DNA of 64,000 bases from Terriglobia bacterium (lineage in GTDB: Bacteria; Acidobacteriota; Terriglobia; Terriglobales; Acidobacteriaceae), in contig CAVZWK010000020.1 of NCBI GenBank assembly GCA_963778995.1, forward strand, positions 431,570 through 495,569. The letters run 5' to 3'. A program made the translations under genes and the position numbers. Under the pieces are notes generated by a model. The model saw only the letters and a list, made by a program, of their open reading frames with translations. It had not been told where the DNA came from and did not search any database. Of the stretch, positions 21,163 to 30,243 are shown one piece after another (the stretch's first letter is position 1; every line of letters starts with the position of its first letter).

Positions 21163-21576
21163 TCAGCGGAATCGGGCGAGGTGTTCCTTCAGAATGCACA
21201 GATCCATCACGACGATGATCCCCGTTTTGCGCGCCTTCTCTGCCGCTCTTTCGTGAATGACTTCTTCCTGCATCCAGATGGCGGGAACTCTCAGCTGGAT
21301 TGCCTGATCGACAACCTGCTCCACGAATTCCGGCCGGCGAAAGATGTTCACGAGGTCGATTTTTCCAGGTACCTCCAGCAGCGAAGGATAAGCTTTCTCG
21401 CCCAGGCATTCCTGAATGTGCGGATTCACCGGGATAATGCGGTAGCCATGACTCTGCATGTAGGCGGAGACTCCATGGCTGGGACGCAGCGGATTGTTCG
21501 AGAGTCCTACTACGGCGATGGTTCGCGATTGCCTGAGTAGCTCGGCGATGGGATCGGATTGTGGTCGTGAAGCCAA
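21163..21576 (-). CDS. CoA-binding domain protein (YccU-like)
   Basis: TIAVVGLSNNPLRPS...GYRIIPVNP CoA-binding signature. Confidence 0.75.
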   Translation of the reverse strand: MASRPQSDPIAELLRQSRTIAVVGLSNNPLRPSHGVSAYMQSHGYRIIPVNPHIQECLGEKAYPSLLEVPGKIDLVNIFRRPEFVEQVVDQAIQLRVPAIWMQEEVIHERAAEKARKTGIIVVMDLCILKEHLARFR

Positions 21577-21588
21577 GGCACCTCCCGG

Positions 21589-22860
21589 CTACTTCTTGTT
21601 GGCGTCTTCCAGCTTCTGCTTGTACATTTTTGTCGCCAGCTTGCGAATGGTCTCTGAAACTTCCTTGTTCGCCGAAAGATTTTTGAGATCCTGGACAAGC
21701 AGATTCTTCATCAAACCCAAACCTAAGTCGAGCGGCGTTCGCGGATTCGCCACCAGGTTGCGTACCACGATGTAGTTCTTCATGAACCGGCGTTTGAGCG
21801 GGATCTGGCGCAGCACTGCTTCAAGCACGTTTTTCTGGCTGGCGAATTTTTCCACCTCGCCATCGGACAGCTTCGGCGCCTCGAGTACTGCCAGCGCCAC
21901 CACTTTGGTGCCGTCACGGATCAGAATCGAACGCTCCTCCTTGTTTCCTTTCAGCGCCAGTTGAATCCGTCCCTTCACGTCGAGGCCATTGATCTTCTGT
22001 ACGGTATTCAGGCGCTTCGCGGGCTCAGGCGGATTGGGCTGCACGGCCATCTTCGGCTTCGCAGCCGCAGCCGGAGCGCCGGCCGGCGCAGATGAATCGC
22101 TCGCAGAGGGCTCAACGTCCGCCGTGTCGATCACCGGGAAAAAATCCTGCCCCAGCAACTCCACCACGCCGCCGACAGATTGAAACGGCTTCTCGCCTTC
22201 CGCGGCAATAGCAGCTTCATTCTGTTTGATGTACGTGGATACGACTTCGTCGTCCACTGCACTCTCGACTCCGGACCCCTCTTCCGCCGTAGACGTCTCC
22301 ACCGGAGCACCGGGATGTTGCGAGCCCTCTTGAGCCGTGGACTCTCCGTTCGTAGCTGCCGCAACGGACTCCGTCACGGGCGATATCTCTGGGCTAACCT
22401 GCGTTTTGGTTAAAGCCTCCGCTTCTTCCTTCTTGAGATAGGGATTGGATCTGAGCGTTTGCACGACCCGGCTCATCCCGCGGACGCGATCGCTCTTGAG
22501 CATGATTTCGATCGTGTCGCGCATCGCAGACGTGGCCAGCTTCACAACTTGTGCCTCTGAAATGGATGGGTTCTTCAGTAGAGCCGCGAGCAAGCTGGGC
22601 CGAAGATGGTCGGCGGAGATGAAGTACCCAAGGACCTCAGCCGACGTCTTAGGATCGGAGGCTGCAGCGATCGAAGCCTTCTCATCCCACCCAGCAAGGG
22701 TCATGCGAGCTGTCTCGCCGAACACCTTGTTATTCCGGGCAAGGTAAACAAGGATCTCTAGGTTCTCCGCAGGAGGAACCTGCAGAGCGCCGCGCGCGGC
22801 AAACTGCATCATGTTCGATGGCAGCTTCAAAGCGCGGATTTGATCAATCATGCGAGCCAT
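21589..22860 (-). CDS. Hypothetical protein: N- and C-terminal related helical modules joined by an acidic A/P/E/S-rich linker
   Basis: 423-aa ORF, strong coding bias, no recognised family. Confidence 0.55.
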   Translation of the reverse strand: MARMIDQIRALKLPSNMMQFAARGALQVPPAENLEILVYLARNNKVFGETARMTLAGWDEKASIAAASDPKTSAEVLGYFISADHLRPSLLAALLKNPSISEAQVVKLATSAMRDTIEIMLKSDRVRGMSRVVQTLRSNPYLKKEEAEALTKTQVSPEISPVTESVAAATNGESTAQEGSQHPGAPVETSTAEEGSGVESAVDDEVVSTYIKQNEAAIAAEGEKPFQSVGGVVELLGQDFFPVIDTADVEPSASDSSAPAGAPAAAAKPKMAVQPNPPEPAKRLNTVQKINGLDVKGRIQLALKGNKEERSILIRDGTKVVALAVLEAPKLSDGEVEKFASQKNVLEAVLRQIPLKRRFMKNYIVVRNLVANPRTPLDLGLGLMKNLLVQDLKNLSANKEVSETIRKLATKMYKQKLEDANKK

Positions 22861-22891
22861 ACTTCATACCTCAACCAGCGGTCGCTTCTCG

Positions 22892-23521
22892 TTAAACGGA
22901 AGGTGCATTCCCCTCCGTTAGGGATTCCAGTTCTTTCACCGCGAGGTCGAATTCGCGGGTAATGCGGTTGGGCTCATCCCTGAGGAATTCATTCCGCAAG
23001 GTCCGATAGTACCAAAGAGTGCCTTCGCGTCCACCGTTGAACCGTGACCAGACAGATTCTCCAATGGCCCGGTAATCGCTGACGATCGAGCGAATGTTAT
23101 TCAACTTGTCTGCCGCCGAAACCAGCCGCGTATCCGCATCTTCGTTCTTAAGCCGCGCGATGTAATCATCCTTACGCTGCTTCCAGGGCGGCTTCGGATC
23201 GCCGTAGGCATCTGTGCATCCATCGACAATTCGCGCGACGCTCTTGCCGAACCGACGTTCCACTTCCTTCAGCATGGGCTTGCCTCCGCAATCTTCCACG
23301 ACATCATGCAGCAGGGCGGCGATCGCGAGATCCTCGTCGCCGCCAGCTTCGAGTACGAGGGAGGCGACCCCCATCAGATGCGCAATGTAAGGAATGGTGG
23401 ATGCCTTGCGGCTCTGTCCCGCGTGCTTCTTCGCGGCGAATGTAAACGCACGCTGGAAGCGTGGCCCCAGCTTTATCGCTCGGCGCGTGCTTTGCGGGGC
23501 TGATTTTCTTGCCGCCGTCAC
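22892..23521 (-). CDS. HD-domain guanosine polyphosphate pyrophosphohydrolase-like protein (SpoT/Mesh1-type small alarmone hydrolase)
   Basis: IPYIAHLMGVASLV...AALLHDVVEDCG matches the RelA/SpoT hydrolase HD motif. Confidence 0.7.
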   Translation of the reverse strand: MTAARKSAPQSTRRAIKLGPRFQRAFTFAAKKHAGQSRKASTIPYIAHLMGVASLVLEAGGDEDLAIAALLHDVVEDCGGKPMLKEVERRFGKSVARIVDGCTDAYGDPKPPWKQRKDDYIARLKNEDADTRLVSAADKLNNIRSIVSDYRAIGESVWSRFNGGREGTLWYYRTLRNEFLRDEPNRITREFDLAVKELESLTEGNAPSV

Positions 23522-24620
23522 TGCTTCTCCTCGCGCTTGGCCAGTAAATAAGCTCGAATGAACGGCTGCAGATCGCCATCGATCACTCGATCTACATCTC
23601 CCACTTCCAGCTTTGTGCGGTGATCTTTAATCATTCGGTACGGCTGCAGAACATAGGAGCGGATCTGCGACCCGAATTCGATATCAAGCTTCGAATCCTC
23701 GATCTTCTTCGTCGCCGCTCGTTTTTTCTCCATCTCGAATTCGTACAGTTTCGAACGCAGCATGCTCATGGCGCGCTCGCGGTTCTTGTGCTGCGAGCGC
23801 TCGTTCTGGCAGCTCGCCACCAGTCCGGTGGCAAGATGGGTAATACGCACGGCGGAGTCTGTCGTGTTGACGTGCTGCCCACCTTTGCCGCTCGAGCGAT
23901 AGGTATCGACACGAATCTCTTCCGGCTTGATCACGATATCGATGCTGTCATCGATTTCCGGGGACACGTACACGCTTGCAAAAGAAGTGTGACGCCGCTT
24001 CGCCTGATCAAAAGGCGATATCCGAACGAGGCGGTGCACGCCGATCTCACTCTGCAGGAGTCCGAAGGCGTACTCGCCATTCACCGCGAAAGTCGCCGAC
24101 TTCAAACCCGCTTCTTCTCCCGGCTGATAGTCGTAGAGAACGGTTTCGAACCCCTGTCGCTCGGCCCATCTCAAATACATGCGCAGCAGCATGTCGGCCC
24201 AGTCTTGCGACTCGGTCCCGCCGGCTCCCGGATGGATCGTGACGATGGCGTTGCGGGCGTCGTTCTCGCCCGAGAGAAGCGTTTCGGTTTCGAGTTTGTC
24301 GATCAGGCCGCGCAGGGACCCGATCTCGCGTTCCAGATCGGCGTCAACGTTCTCACCTTCTCTGCCGAGATCGAAATACGCGTGCGATATCGTCGGAGCG
24401 GCGTGCCAGATCGGCGTCGGTCGAGAGGACATGCTCCAGACGCTTCTTTTCGCGCATGACCTGTTGCGAACGCTGCGGATTGGACCACAGGTTCGGGTCG
24501 GCGGCTTGCTTATCGATTTCAGCTAATTGCGGACGGAGTTTTTCCGCGTCAAAGATACTCCCGGAGATCGTGGACTTTCTTACTGAGTTTCTCGTATTCC
24601 TGTTCGAGTTCCTGCTTCAT
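23518..24620 (-). CDS. prfB: Peptide chain release factor 2, with programmed +1 frameshift plus one additional (probably artefactual) frame break near 24390
   Basis: ORF0 MKQELEQEYEKLSKKVHDLREYL-UGA ends at CTT TGA C; the +1 frame continues DAEKLRPQLAEIDKQ...; downstream RF2 core (GGQHVNTTDSAVRITH, SPF motif region). Confidence 0.9.
24548..24554 (-). promoter_or_regulatory. prfB: prfB programmed +1 ribosomal frameshift site (CUU UGA C) with upstream SD-like GGGAG
   Basis: Minus-strand sequence cgg gag tat CTT TGA C, identical to the canonical RF2 autoregulatory shift site. Confidence 0.85.
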
Positions 24621-24710
24621 GAGGAGGTTTCAGCCTTCTTGCGGAATTTCGCGGAGAAGCGCTCCAGCAGCGCTCCCAACGAAATTATCGCACACACATA
24701 CGCGAACCAG

Positions 24711-26207
24711 TCACCATGACGCGTGTAGAAAGTAGTGACGGAGGTGAGGGCGTACGGCGCGACCAAGGTGGTCCTCTGCATACGCGGGATGCGCGCGACA
24801 GATTCGTCCAAAGGGATCAATCGAGGCGGTGGCGCCCGTGTCTGCCGTGCTCAAGATCCAGCGTTCATTCTCGATGGCGCGCATGCGCGTCTGGTTCAAG
24901 TGCTGCGCCCATGCTCCGCTGTCGCCGTACCAGCCATCGTTCGAGATGTTCACGAATACCTGCGCGCCCGCATTGGCGAATTGCCGTACTTCGTCGGGAA
25001 AAACGGATTCGTAGCAGATGAACACTCCCAGTTTCTCGCCTCCCGCGTCGAGAGGACGCCGCGACGGACCGCGCCCAAATGCACCCACTTCTTTCGTCAG
25101 GCCGCCGGCAAACGAAAACAGGCTGGGGAATGGCAGATATTCGCCGAAGGGCACGAGGTGCACCTTGTCATAGCGCGCCGCCCAGTCGCCGTTCGGGCTA
25201 ATCAGAGCCGCAGAGTTGTACACCGGAGCCTCCGCATTCGGCGTGGGAGCATCACTTCCGATCGATCCGATCACAATCCAGGACTTGGTCGCGCGAGCGA
25301 TGTCGCTAACCTGATTGCGAAAACGGCTATCGTTGGTAAAGAAAGGCGCGGGAGATTCCGGCCAAACCACCAGGTTGACCTTCGTACCTGCATCGTTTAC
25401 GGCCTTAACCGTCAAGTTGCTCAACTGGCTGACGGTCAGTTGAAAGTAGGGGGGTGTCCAATCGGCAGACACCGGGATGTTCTCCTGTACCAAAAGAGCA
25501 GCCCTGTCGGATGGCGCGGGAGGCGCCTCCACCAACCGTCCGGCTTGCAACACGGCGGCCGCCGCGATCGCTGCGATAAGCAAGGCTCCGCGTTTCTGCT
25601 TGGGCACGAGGAACGCGGCGGCCACCGCGACATTGACCAGCACGATCTCGAGTGAAATTCCGTACACGCCGGTGACGGTCGAGATCCGGCACAAAGCAAG
25701 ATTATCGACTTGCGCAATGCCGAGCAGGTTCCAGGGGAATCCGGTCACGCGCGTGCGCGCCAGTTCCACGGCGACCCAGAGAAATGGAGCCGCCACCAGG
25801 GCGCGGCGGTAGTTGCGGCTGGACGCGAGCACAGCGATGAGCAGCCCAAAGGCTCCGTGATACAGGCCCAGATAACAGCAGAAAAGGAACAACACCAGCA
25901 GTGCCATGGGAGCGCTCAAGCCGCCGTATTGGCGCATGGTGTCGTAGATCCAGTAGCAGGTTCCTGCATACCAGAGAACCCCGCAGATGTAGCCGAGCAA
26001 GAATCCATGCCACGGGGTAGCAGGTTGTAGACGAACCATCCCGCTGACCTCCAGTTCGCCGGCGGGACGCGTCCGCAGCAGCGCCAGAAGAAGCGGCGTC
26101 AAGGCAAACCAGGAAAGAACGTAGATTCCGGGCAGCGGGAAAATAAGAACCTGGAGAATGGCCGAGATAACTACCAACACCCAGGCGCTGAGATGGATTT
26201 GGCGCAC
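24711..26207 (-). CDS. lnt: Apolipoprotein N-acyltransferase
   Basis: Multi-TM N-terminus plus CN-hydrolase domain (VVWPESPAPFF ... catalytic Cys region). Confidence 0.85.
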   Translation of the reverse strand: MRQIHLSAWVLVVISAILQVLIFPLPGIYVLSWFALTPLLLALLRTRPAGELEVSGMVRLQPATPWHGFLLGYICGVLWYAGTCYWIYDTMRQYGGLSAPMALLVLFLFCCYLGLYHGAFGLLIAVLASSRNYRRALVAAPFLWVAVELARTRVTGFPWNLLGIAQVDNLALCRISTVTGVYGISLEIVLVNVAVAAAFLVPKQKRGALLIAAIAAAAVLQAGRLVEAPPAPSDRAALLVQENIPVSADWTPPYFQLTVSQLSNLTVKAVNDAGTKVNLVVWPESPAPFFTNDSRFRNQVSDIARATKSWIVIGSIGSDAPTPNAEAPVYNSAALISPNGDWAARYDKVHLVPFGEYLPFPSLFSFAGGLTKEVGAFGRGPSRRPLDAGGEKLGVFICYESVFPDEVRQFANAGAQVFVNISNDGWYGDSGAWAQHLNQTRMRAIENERWILSTADTGATASIDPFGRICRAHPAYAEDHLGRAVRPHLRHYFLHASW

Positions 26208-26318
26208 GTTGCAAGGATAACAAAGCAGTGGTTAGAGATCGGTGGCCAGTGATGTCAGTGATCGGTGATCAGTGGTCAGGCAATCAGCGCAAGTCACCAG
26301 TGCGCCCGTGATTTCCGG

Positions 26319-26924
26319 CTACTTGTGGGGCAAGCTGCTCGATACGAACTCGACGATATCCGGAGTGACGTACGGGGGTGGAGAAATTCGGAACAACGGT
26401 CGATCCCCAACGGGCTTTAAGGAAACCGATTCCCATGCCGGAGTGCCTGCCGTTTTGTGGAGGATCACCGCATCAGCGCGATCGATAAATTCTTGCGCGG
26501 ATTTTTTGAAGTCGGCCGTTGCCGGATCGAGCACCGTCATATACAGATCTGGACGCACAAACTTCAGGACGCTATTGGACTCGATGATCACGTTGCCGGC
26601 GCCTTCGAGCCGCTTACGCAAGGTGGGCATCGCCTCCGCTAGTCTTCCCTGCTCGGTGCGTACCCAGAACACCTTTGCAGCGCCCGCCAGCAGGAACCGC
26701 GAAGTGTCCGACTCGCCCGAGCGATCACGCTCTTCCGAGATTGCCCAGGAGTGATCGTCGGTTGCGCAGTCGCAGGCTTCTCCATTGGCCGAGCAAATTC
26801 CGTGACCGTATTGAGTGATCTTCACCGCGGTCCAGTCGAATTGCCGCAGAGCCGAGATCAATCCTGCGACAACGCTGGTCTTGCCCACGCTTCGCGAATG
26901 TCCGCCGATAACAACCAGAGCCAA
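26319..26924 (-). CDS. P-loop NTPase (MobB-like) with a Cys cluster
   Basis: Walker A VIGGHSRSVGKTS; CSANGEACDC motif; family assignment tentative. Confidence 0.5.
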   Translation of the reverse strand: MALVVIGGHSRSVGKTSVVAGLISALRQFDWTAVKITQYGHGICSANGEACDCATDDHSWAISEERDRSGESDTSRFLLAGAAKVFWVRTEQGRLAEAMPTLRKRLEGAGNVIIESNSVLKFVRPDLYMTVLDPATADFKKSAQEFIDRADAVILHKTAGTPAWESVSLKPVGDRPLFRISPPPYVTPDIVEFVSSSLPHK

Positions 26925-26927
26925 AAC

Positions 26928-27929
26928 CTAATCCTTCTTGGCCAGCCGTGCGAGGGTGGCCAGTTGCTTCAGATACTCGCGCAGGGGCTGCGCCGGAGTC
27001 CCCCAGAATGCCACGCCCTTGCCGCGAAGAGTCTTGTTGGGAAGGACTCCACCTTGCCCGCCAAGCATGACCCCCTCGCCAATGGTGGCGTGCTCGCCGA
27101 TGCCGACCTGCCCGCCTAGTATGACGCCGTTTTCAATCACGATGCTCCCCGATAATCCGGTCTGCGCGGCAATTACGACGTCTTCTCCGATCTGGCAGTT
27201 GTGTCCGATGTGAACTAGATTGTCGATCTTCGCGCCGCGCCGGATGCGCGTCTCGTCCAGTGCACCGCGATCCACGGTCGCATTGGCCCCAATCTCGACG
27301 TCATCTTCGATGATGAGGCTGCCTACTTGCGGAAATTTTTCGTAGTGCCCGGTCTTGCGGTCCCGCACATATCCGAAGCCGTCGCTGCCTAGCACGGCAC
27401 CTGCATGGACAATGACGCGGTCTCCCAGGGTCGTGTTGGAGTAAATGCTCACATTGGGATAGATCTCGCAATCAGCACCAATCTTGACGCCCGCTCCGAT
27501 TGCACAGCCGGATCCGATGCGGGTGCGGTCCCCGATCTGCACGGATTGGCCCAGCACAGCGTGGGATTGCACCCGAACTCCCGCGCCCAATACCGCCGAC
27601 TGGTGAACGACCGCTGTCGGATCGATCTCGATTTGGAGGGTCGAGGCGCCTGCTCCCCTGAGTAATTCAGCAGTCCGGGCAAATGCTAGTTTCGGATGAT
27701 CACTGATCAGAAGAGGCTTATGGTGTTGGGATCCGGCGGCAAACTCTCCTGCAATCACAGCGGCAGCCTTCGACTGCAGAGCGGCAGCAAGATGTTTCTG
27801 GTCTTCGACAAAGACGACGTCCGAAGGCCCGGCGGACTCGATGCTAGCCAGATTGCTGACTTCAATGCGGCCATCACCAATCAGGCGAGCGCCCACAGAG
27901 TCGGCGATCTGCTGCAGCGAGCGTTTCAT
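26928..27929 (-). CDS. lpxD: UDP-3-O-acylglucosamine N-acyltransferase
   Basis: Typical LpxD N-terminus followed by left-handed beta-helix hexapeptide repeats. Confidence 0.9.
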   Translation of the reverse strand: MKRSLQQIADSVGARLIGDGRIEVSNLASIESAGPSDVVFVEDQKHLAAALQSKAAAVIAGEFAAGSQHHKPLLISDHPKLAFARTAELLRGAGASTLQIEIDPTAVVHQSAVLGAGVRVQSHAVLGQSVQIGDRTRIGSGCAIGAGVKIGADCEIYPNVSIYSNTTLGDRVIVHAGAVLGSDGFGYVRDRKTGHYEKFPQVGSLIIEDDVEIGANATVDRGALDETRIRRGAKIDNLVHIGHNCQIGEDVVIAAQTGLSGSIVIENGVILGGQVGIGEHATIGEGVMLGGQGGVLPNKTLRGKGVAFWGTPAQPLREYLKQLATLARLAKKD

Positions 27930-27995
27930 GGCTCACACTTTATAGCAGTGAGAGGAAAAGAAGAAACGGGCGGCCCGATTTACGCACCTGCTCGC

Positions 27996-28535
27996 TTATG
28001 GAGGCGTGCAGGTGTTCTTGCCCTGGCACATAAGGAAAGTCCCCTGCTGGTTCCCGCAACTCGGATCTCCCTGTCCGCCGGCCAATTGCCACGTCCCTGT
28101 AACGACGCCATTGCTCAGCGTTCCGGCGACACCCGCGGATGCGCTGGATGTTCCGGTAAGATTTCCCGTCAGGGTCAGAACATTTCCCCGGGGGGTAACA
28201 GAGTTGACCGTCAGATCGAGGGTACCCGTGACCACTCCATTTGAGGCCGTGGTGAAACTTGCATTGCCGGTTTCGGTTGTACTGTTAAGGGTAGTCGCAA
28301 AGCATGCGCCTTGATTGAAAAAAGAAATTCCCGTGATATCAAGAGGTCCGCTGTTGACCACCGAAAAGCTGACGGTGAAGTTCAGCAGGCTTGCCTGCTG
28401 TGTGCCGCCGATCAGTTGCGTTTCCCAAAAGCCGCTGGTGGATGTGTTCGTCTCCGTACTGGTGTTTTTGCTGCTGCCGCATCCGGACACGGCAAGTTCC
28501 AGCGCCAGCACGATCAAAATCGCGAGCTTCTTCAT
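27996..28535 (-). CDS. Ser/Thr/Asn/Gly-rich lipoprotein (paralog 1)
   Basis: Signal peptide with lipobox LAVSGC; AAGGAAGG RBS; shares GTW...GG..C...GTF.M C-terminal motif with 28676..29119. Confidence 0.6.
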   Translation of the reverse strand: MKKLAILIVLALELAVSGCGSSKNTSTETNTSTSGFWETQLIGGTQQASLLNFTVSFSVVNSGPLDITGISFFNQGACFATTLNSTTETGNASFTTASNGVVTGTLDLTVNSVTPRGNVLTLTGNLTGTSSASAGVAGTLSNGVVTGTWQLAGGQGDPSCGNQQGTFLMCQGKNTCTPP

Positions 28536-28675
28536 GGACCTTCCTTAACTGGGATCTCTATGAGAATAGAGAGATGCGGCAGGAGCCGTCAATGGATGTA
28601 AGTTCGTGGTGGGGTTCCGCTATCGGGCTTCCGGGTTTCGATCTGACATTTTCCGGAAGCCGACAGCCGGGGATA

Positions 28676-29119
28676 CTACATCTTCGTCATCGTAAACGTG
28701 CCGTTCCCAGTGCAGCCGGAGCTTCCGGTCAGTGTCCAGTTGCCGGTGATGCTGTTCCCGTTGCTGACTGTGCCGGTCAGCGCCAGCGTGTTGCCTGACG
28801 GAGTCCCGGATTGCACCGTCATGCCGAACTGGCCGTTCACGTTTCCATTGAAATTGCCGGCCAGCGTAAATGAACCACTCTCCGTTTCGCCGGAGGCAAA
28901 GCAGGACGAACTCGTCGTGAAGTTGAAGTTGGTTACATTCAATGAGCCATCGCTGTTCACGCTGAGCGACGTCCCGAAATTGAAACCCGTTGTGTTGCCA
29001 TTGCTGAGGAGCGTGGCATTCCACGTTCCGTTAATGTTGGCTGGATTCTTACTGTTCGAACCGCATCCCACCAGAGCCAAGCCTGCTGCCAGCAGGACTA
29101 CGACCGCGAACTGCTTCAT
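28676..29119 (-). CDS. Ser/Thr/Asn/Gly-rich lipoprotein (paralog 2)
   Basis: Start moved to MKQFAVVVLLAAGLALVGC (lipobox) with a GAGGGA RBS; same architecture as the upstream paralog. Confidence 0.6.
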   Translation of the reverse strand: MKQFAVVVLLAAGLALVGCGSNSKNPANINGTWNATLLSNGNTTGFNFGTSLSVNSDGSLNVTNFNFTTSSSCFASGETESGSFTLAGNFNGNVNGQFGMTVQSGTPSGNTLALTGTVSNGNSITGNWTLTGSSGCTGNGTFTMTKM

Positions 29120-29261
29120 CAGATATCCCTCGGGTTGATAGTCCAAAGGGGCGCGTAAGACTAGATGCCGAAAACCAGCGACCCGGTGGCTTCGGCGCCG
29201 CTAGGAGAAGACCTGAGAGTAGAAACACGGGTATGCAAGGAAAGTTCTGGGCTGCTTCATT

Positions 29262-29320
29262 ACTGAGGTGATATATACCACGGTATATTTTGTGATATAC
29301 TTCGGTATATATCGCCACAA
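29262..29320 (+). promoter_or_regulatory. Two palindromic operator-like sites in the vapBC promoter
   Basis: ATATACC-AC-GGTATAT and GATATAC-TTC-GGTATAT(AT) tandem inverted repeats directly upstream of the AGGAGGAG RBS. Confidence 0.45.
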
Positions 29321-29330
29321 AGGAGGAGAT

Positions 29331-29573
29331 ATGCCCCAAACTGCAAAGCTTTTTCGGAACGGTCGCAGCCAGGCGGTGCGTTTACCTGCGGAGTTCCGCT
29401 TCGCGGGATCGGAAGTCTATGTTCGCCGTGATCCGAACACAGGAGATGTAATTCTTTCTCGCCGTCCGGAATCCTGGGACGATTTCTTCCAACTTGCAGA
29501 TTCGCTGGGCGTCCCAGAGGGCTTTTTGTCCGATCGCGGTGATGCTCCGCCGCAGAAGCGGAAGATTCTCTGA
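29331..29573 (+). CDS. vapB: VapB-type antitoxin (AbrB/SpoVT fold)
   Basis: [24 protein letters not shown] swapped-hairpin motif; strong RBS; stop overlaps the vapC start. Confidence 0.85.
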   Translation: MPQTAKLFRNGRSQAVRLPAEFRFAGSEVYVRRDPNTGDVILSRRPESWDDFFQLADSLGVPEGFLSDRGDAPPQKRKIL

Positions 29574-29977
29574 TGCCCAGTCGCTATCTGCTGGATACGA
29601 ATATGGTGAGTTTTGCCATAAAGGGTAATTTCCCCTCCGTTCGACACCATCTGCGTCGAGTACCCCTCTCCGACGTCGCTATTTCGGCGATTACCGAAGG
29701 TGAATTGCGGTTTGGAGTTATTCACAACCCTCACGCCACAAACCTCAGACGGATTGTTGACGAGTTTCTGGCGAGAATCGACATTCTGCCGTGGGATTCG
29801 TTCGCAGCTGATTCTTATGCAAGACTCCGCAGTTTTCTGGAATCGTCAGGCACGCCGATGGGCAATCTGGACATGCTCATTGCTTCACAAGCGTTAGCCA
29901 TCGGTGCCACCCTCGTGACGCACGATCGCGTGTTCCATCGAGTCAGGAACCTGAAGGTTGAGGATTGGACGAAGTAG
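29573..29977 (+). CDS. vapC: VapC PIN-domain toxin
   Basis: YLLDTNMVSF ... ITEGEL ... THD PIN acidic residues; 134 aa. Confidence 0.9.
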   Translation: MPSRYLLDTNMVSFAIKGNFPSVRHHLRRVPLSDVAISAITEGELRFGVIHNPHATNLRRIVDEFLARIDILPWDSFAADSYARLRSFLESSGTPMGNLDMLIASQALAIGATLVTHDRVFHRVRNLKVEDWTK

Positions 29978-29995
29978 CCGGACACCTCGTCTTTC

Positions 29996-30187
29996 TTAGT
30001 CAAGCCCTTTGCTGTCGGCGCCCAGCCGCCCAACCCATGCCGCGATCATGAACACGGCCGACATCCCGATCAAGAGGCCTGCTATGAATTCGGTCTCCCG
30101 GAGGTGCACGAGATTATGCAAAAGCAAGCCACTTGCCAGCATCAGCACTCCGATCGGAAGTAAGCGACTAAGCTTTTTCCGTAACAC
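29996..30187 (-). CDS. Small two-TM membrane protein downstream of pspA
   Basis: 63 aa, hydrophobic; position analogous to PspA-associated small membrane proteins. Confidence 0.4.
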   Translation of the reverse strand: MLRKKLSRLLPIGVLMLASGLLLHNLVHLRETEFIAGLLIGMSAVFMIAAWVGRLGADSKGLD

Positions 30188-30243
30188 GGTTTTCCTCCTT
30201 CTGAGTCTATGATTCCTGCGAAGCGACGCTTGGCGGACGTCGC

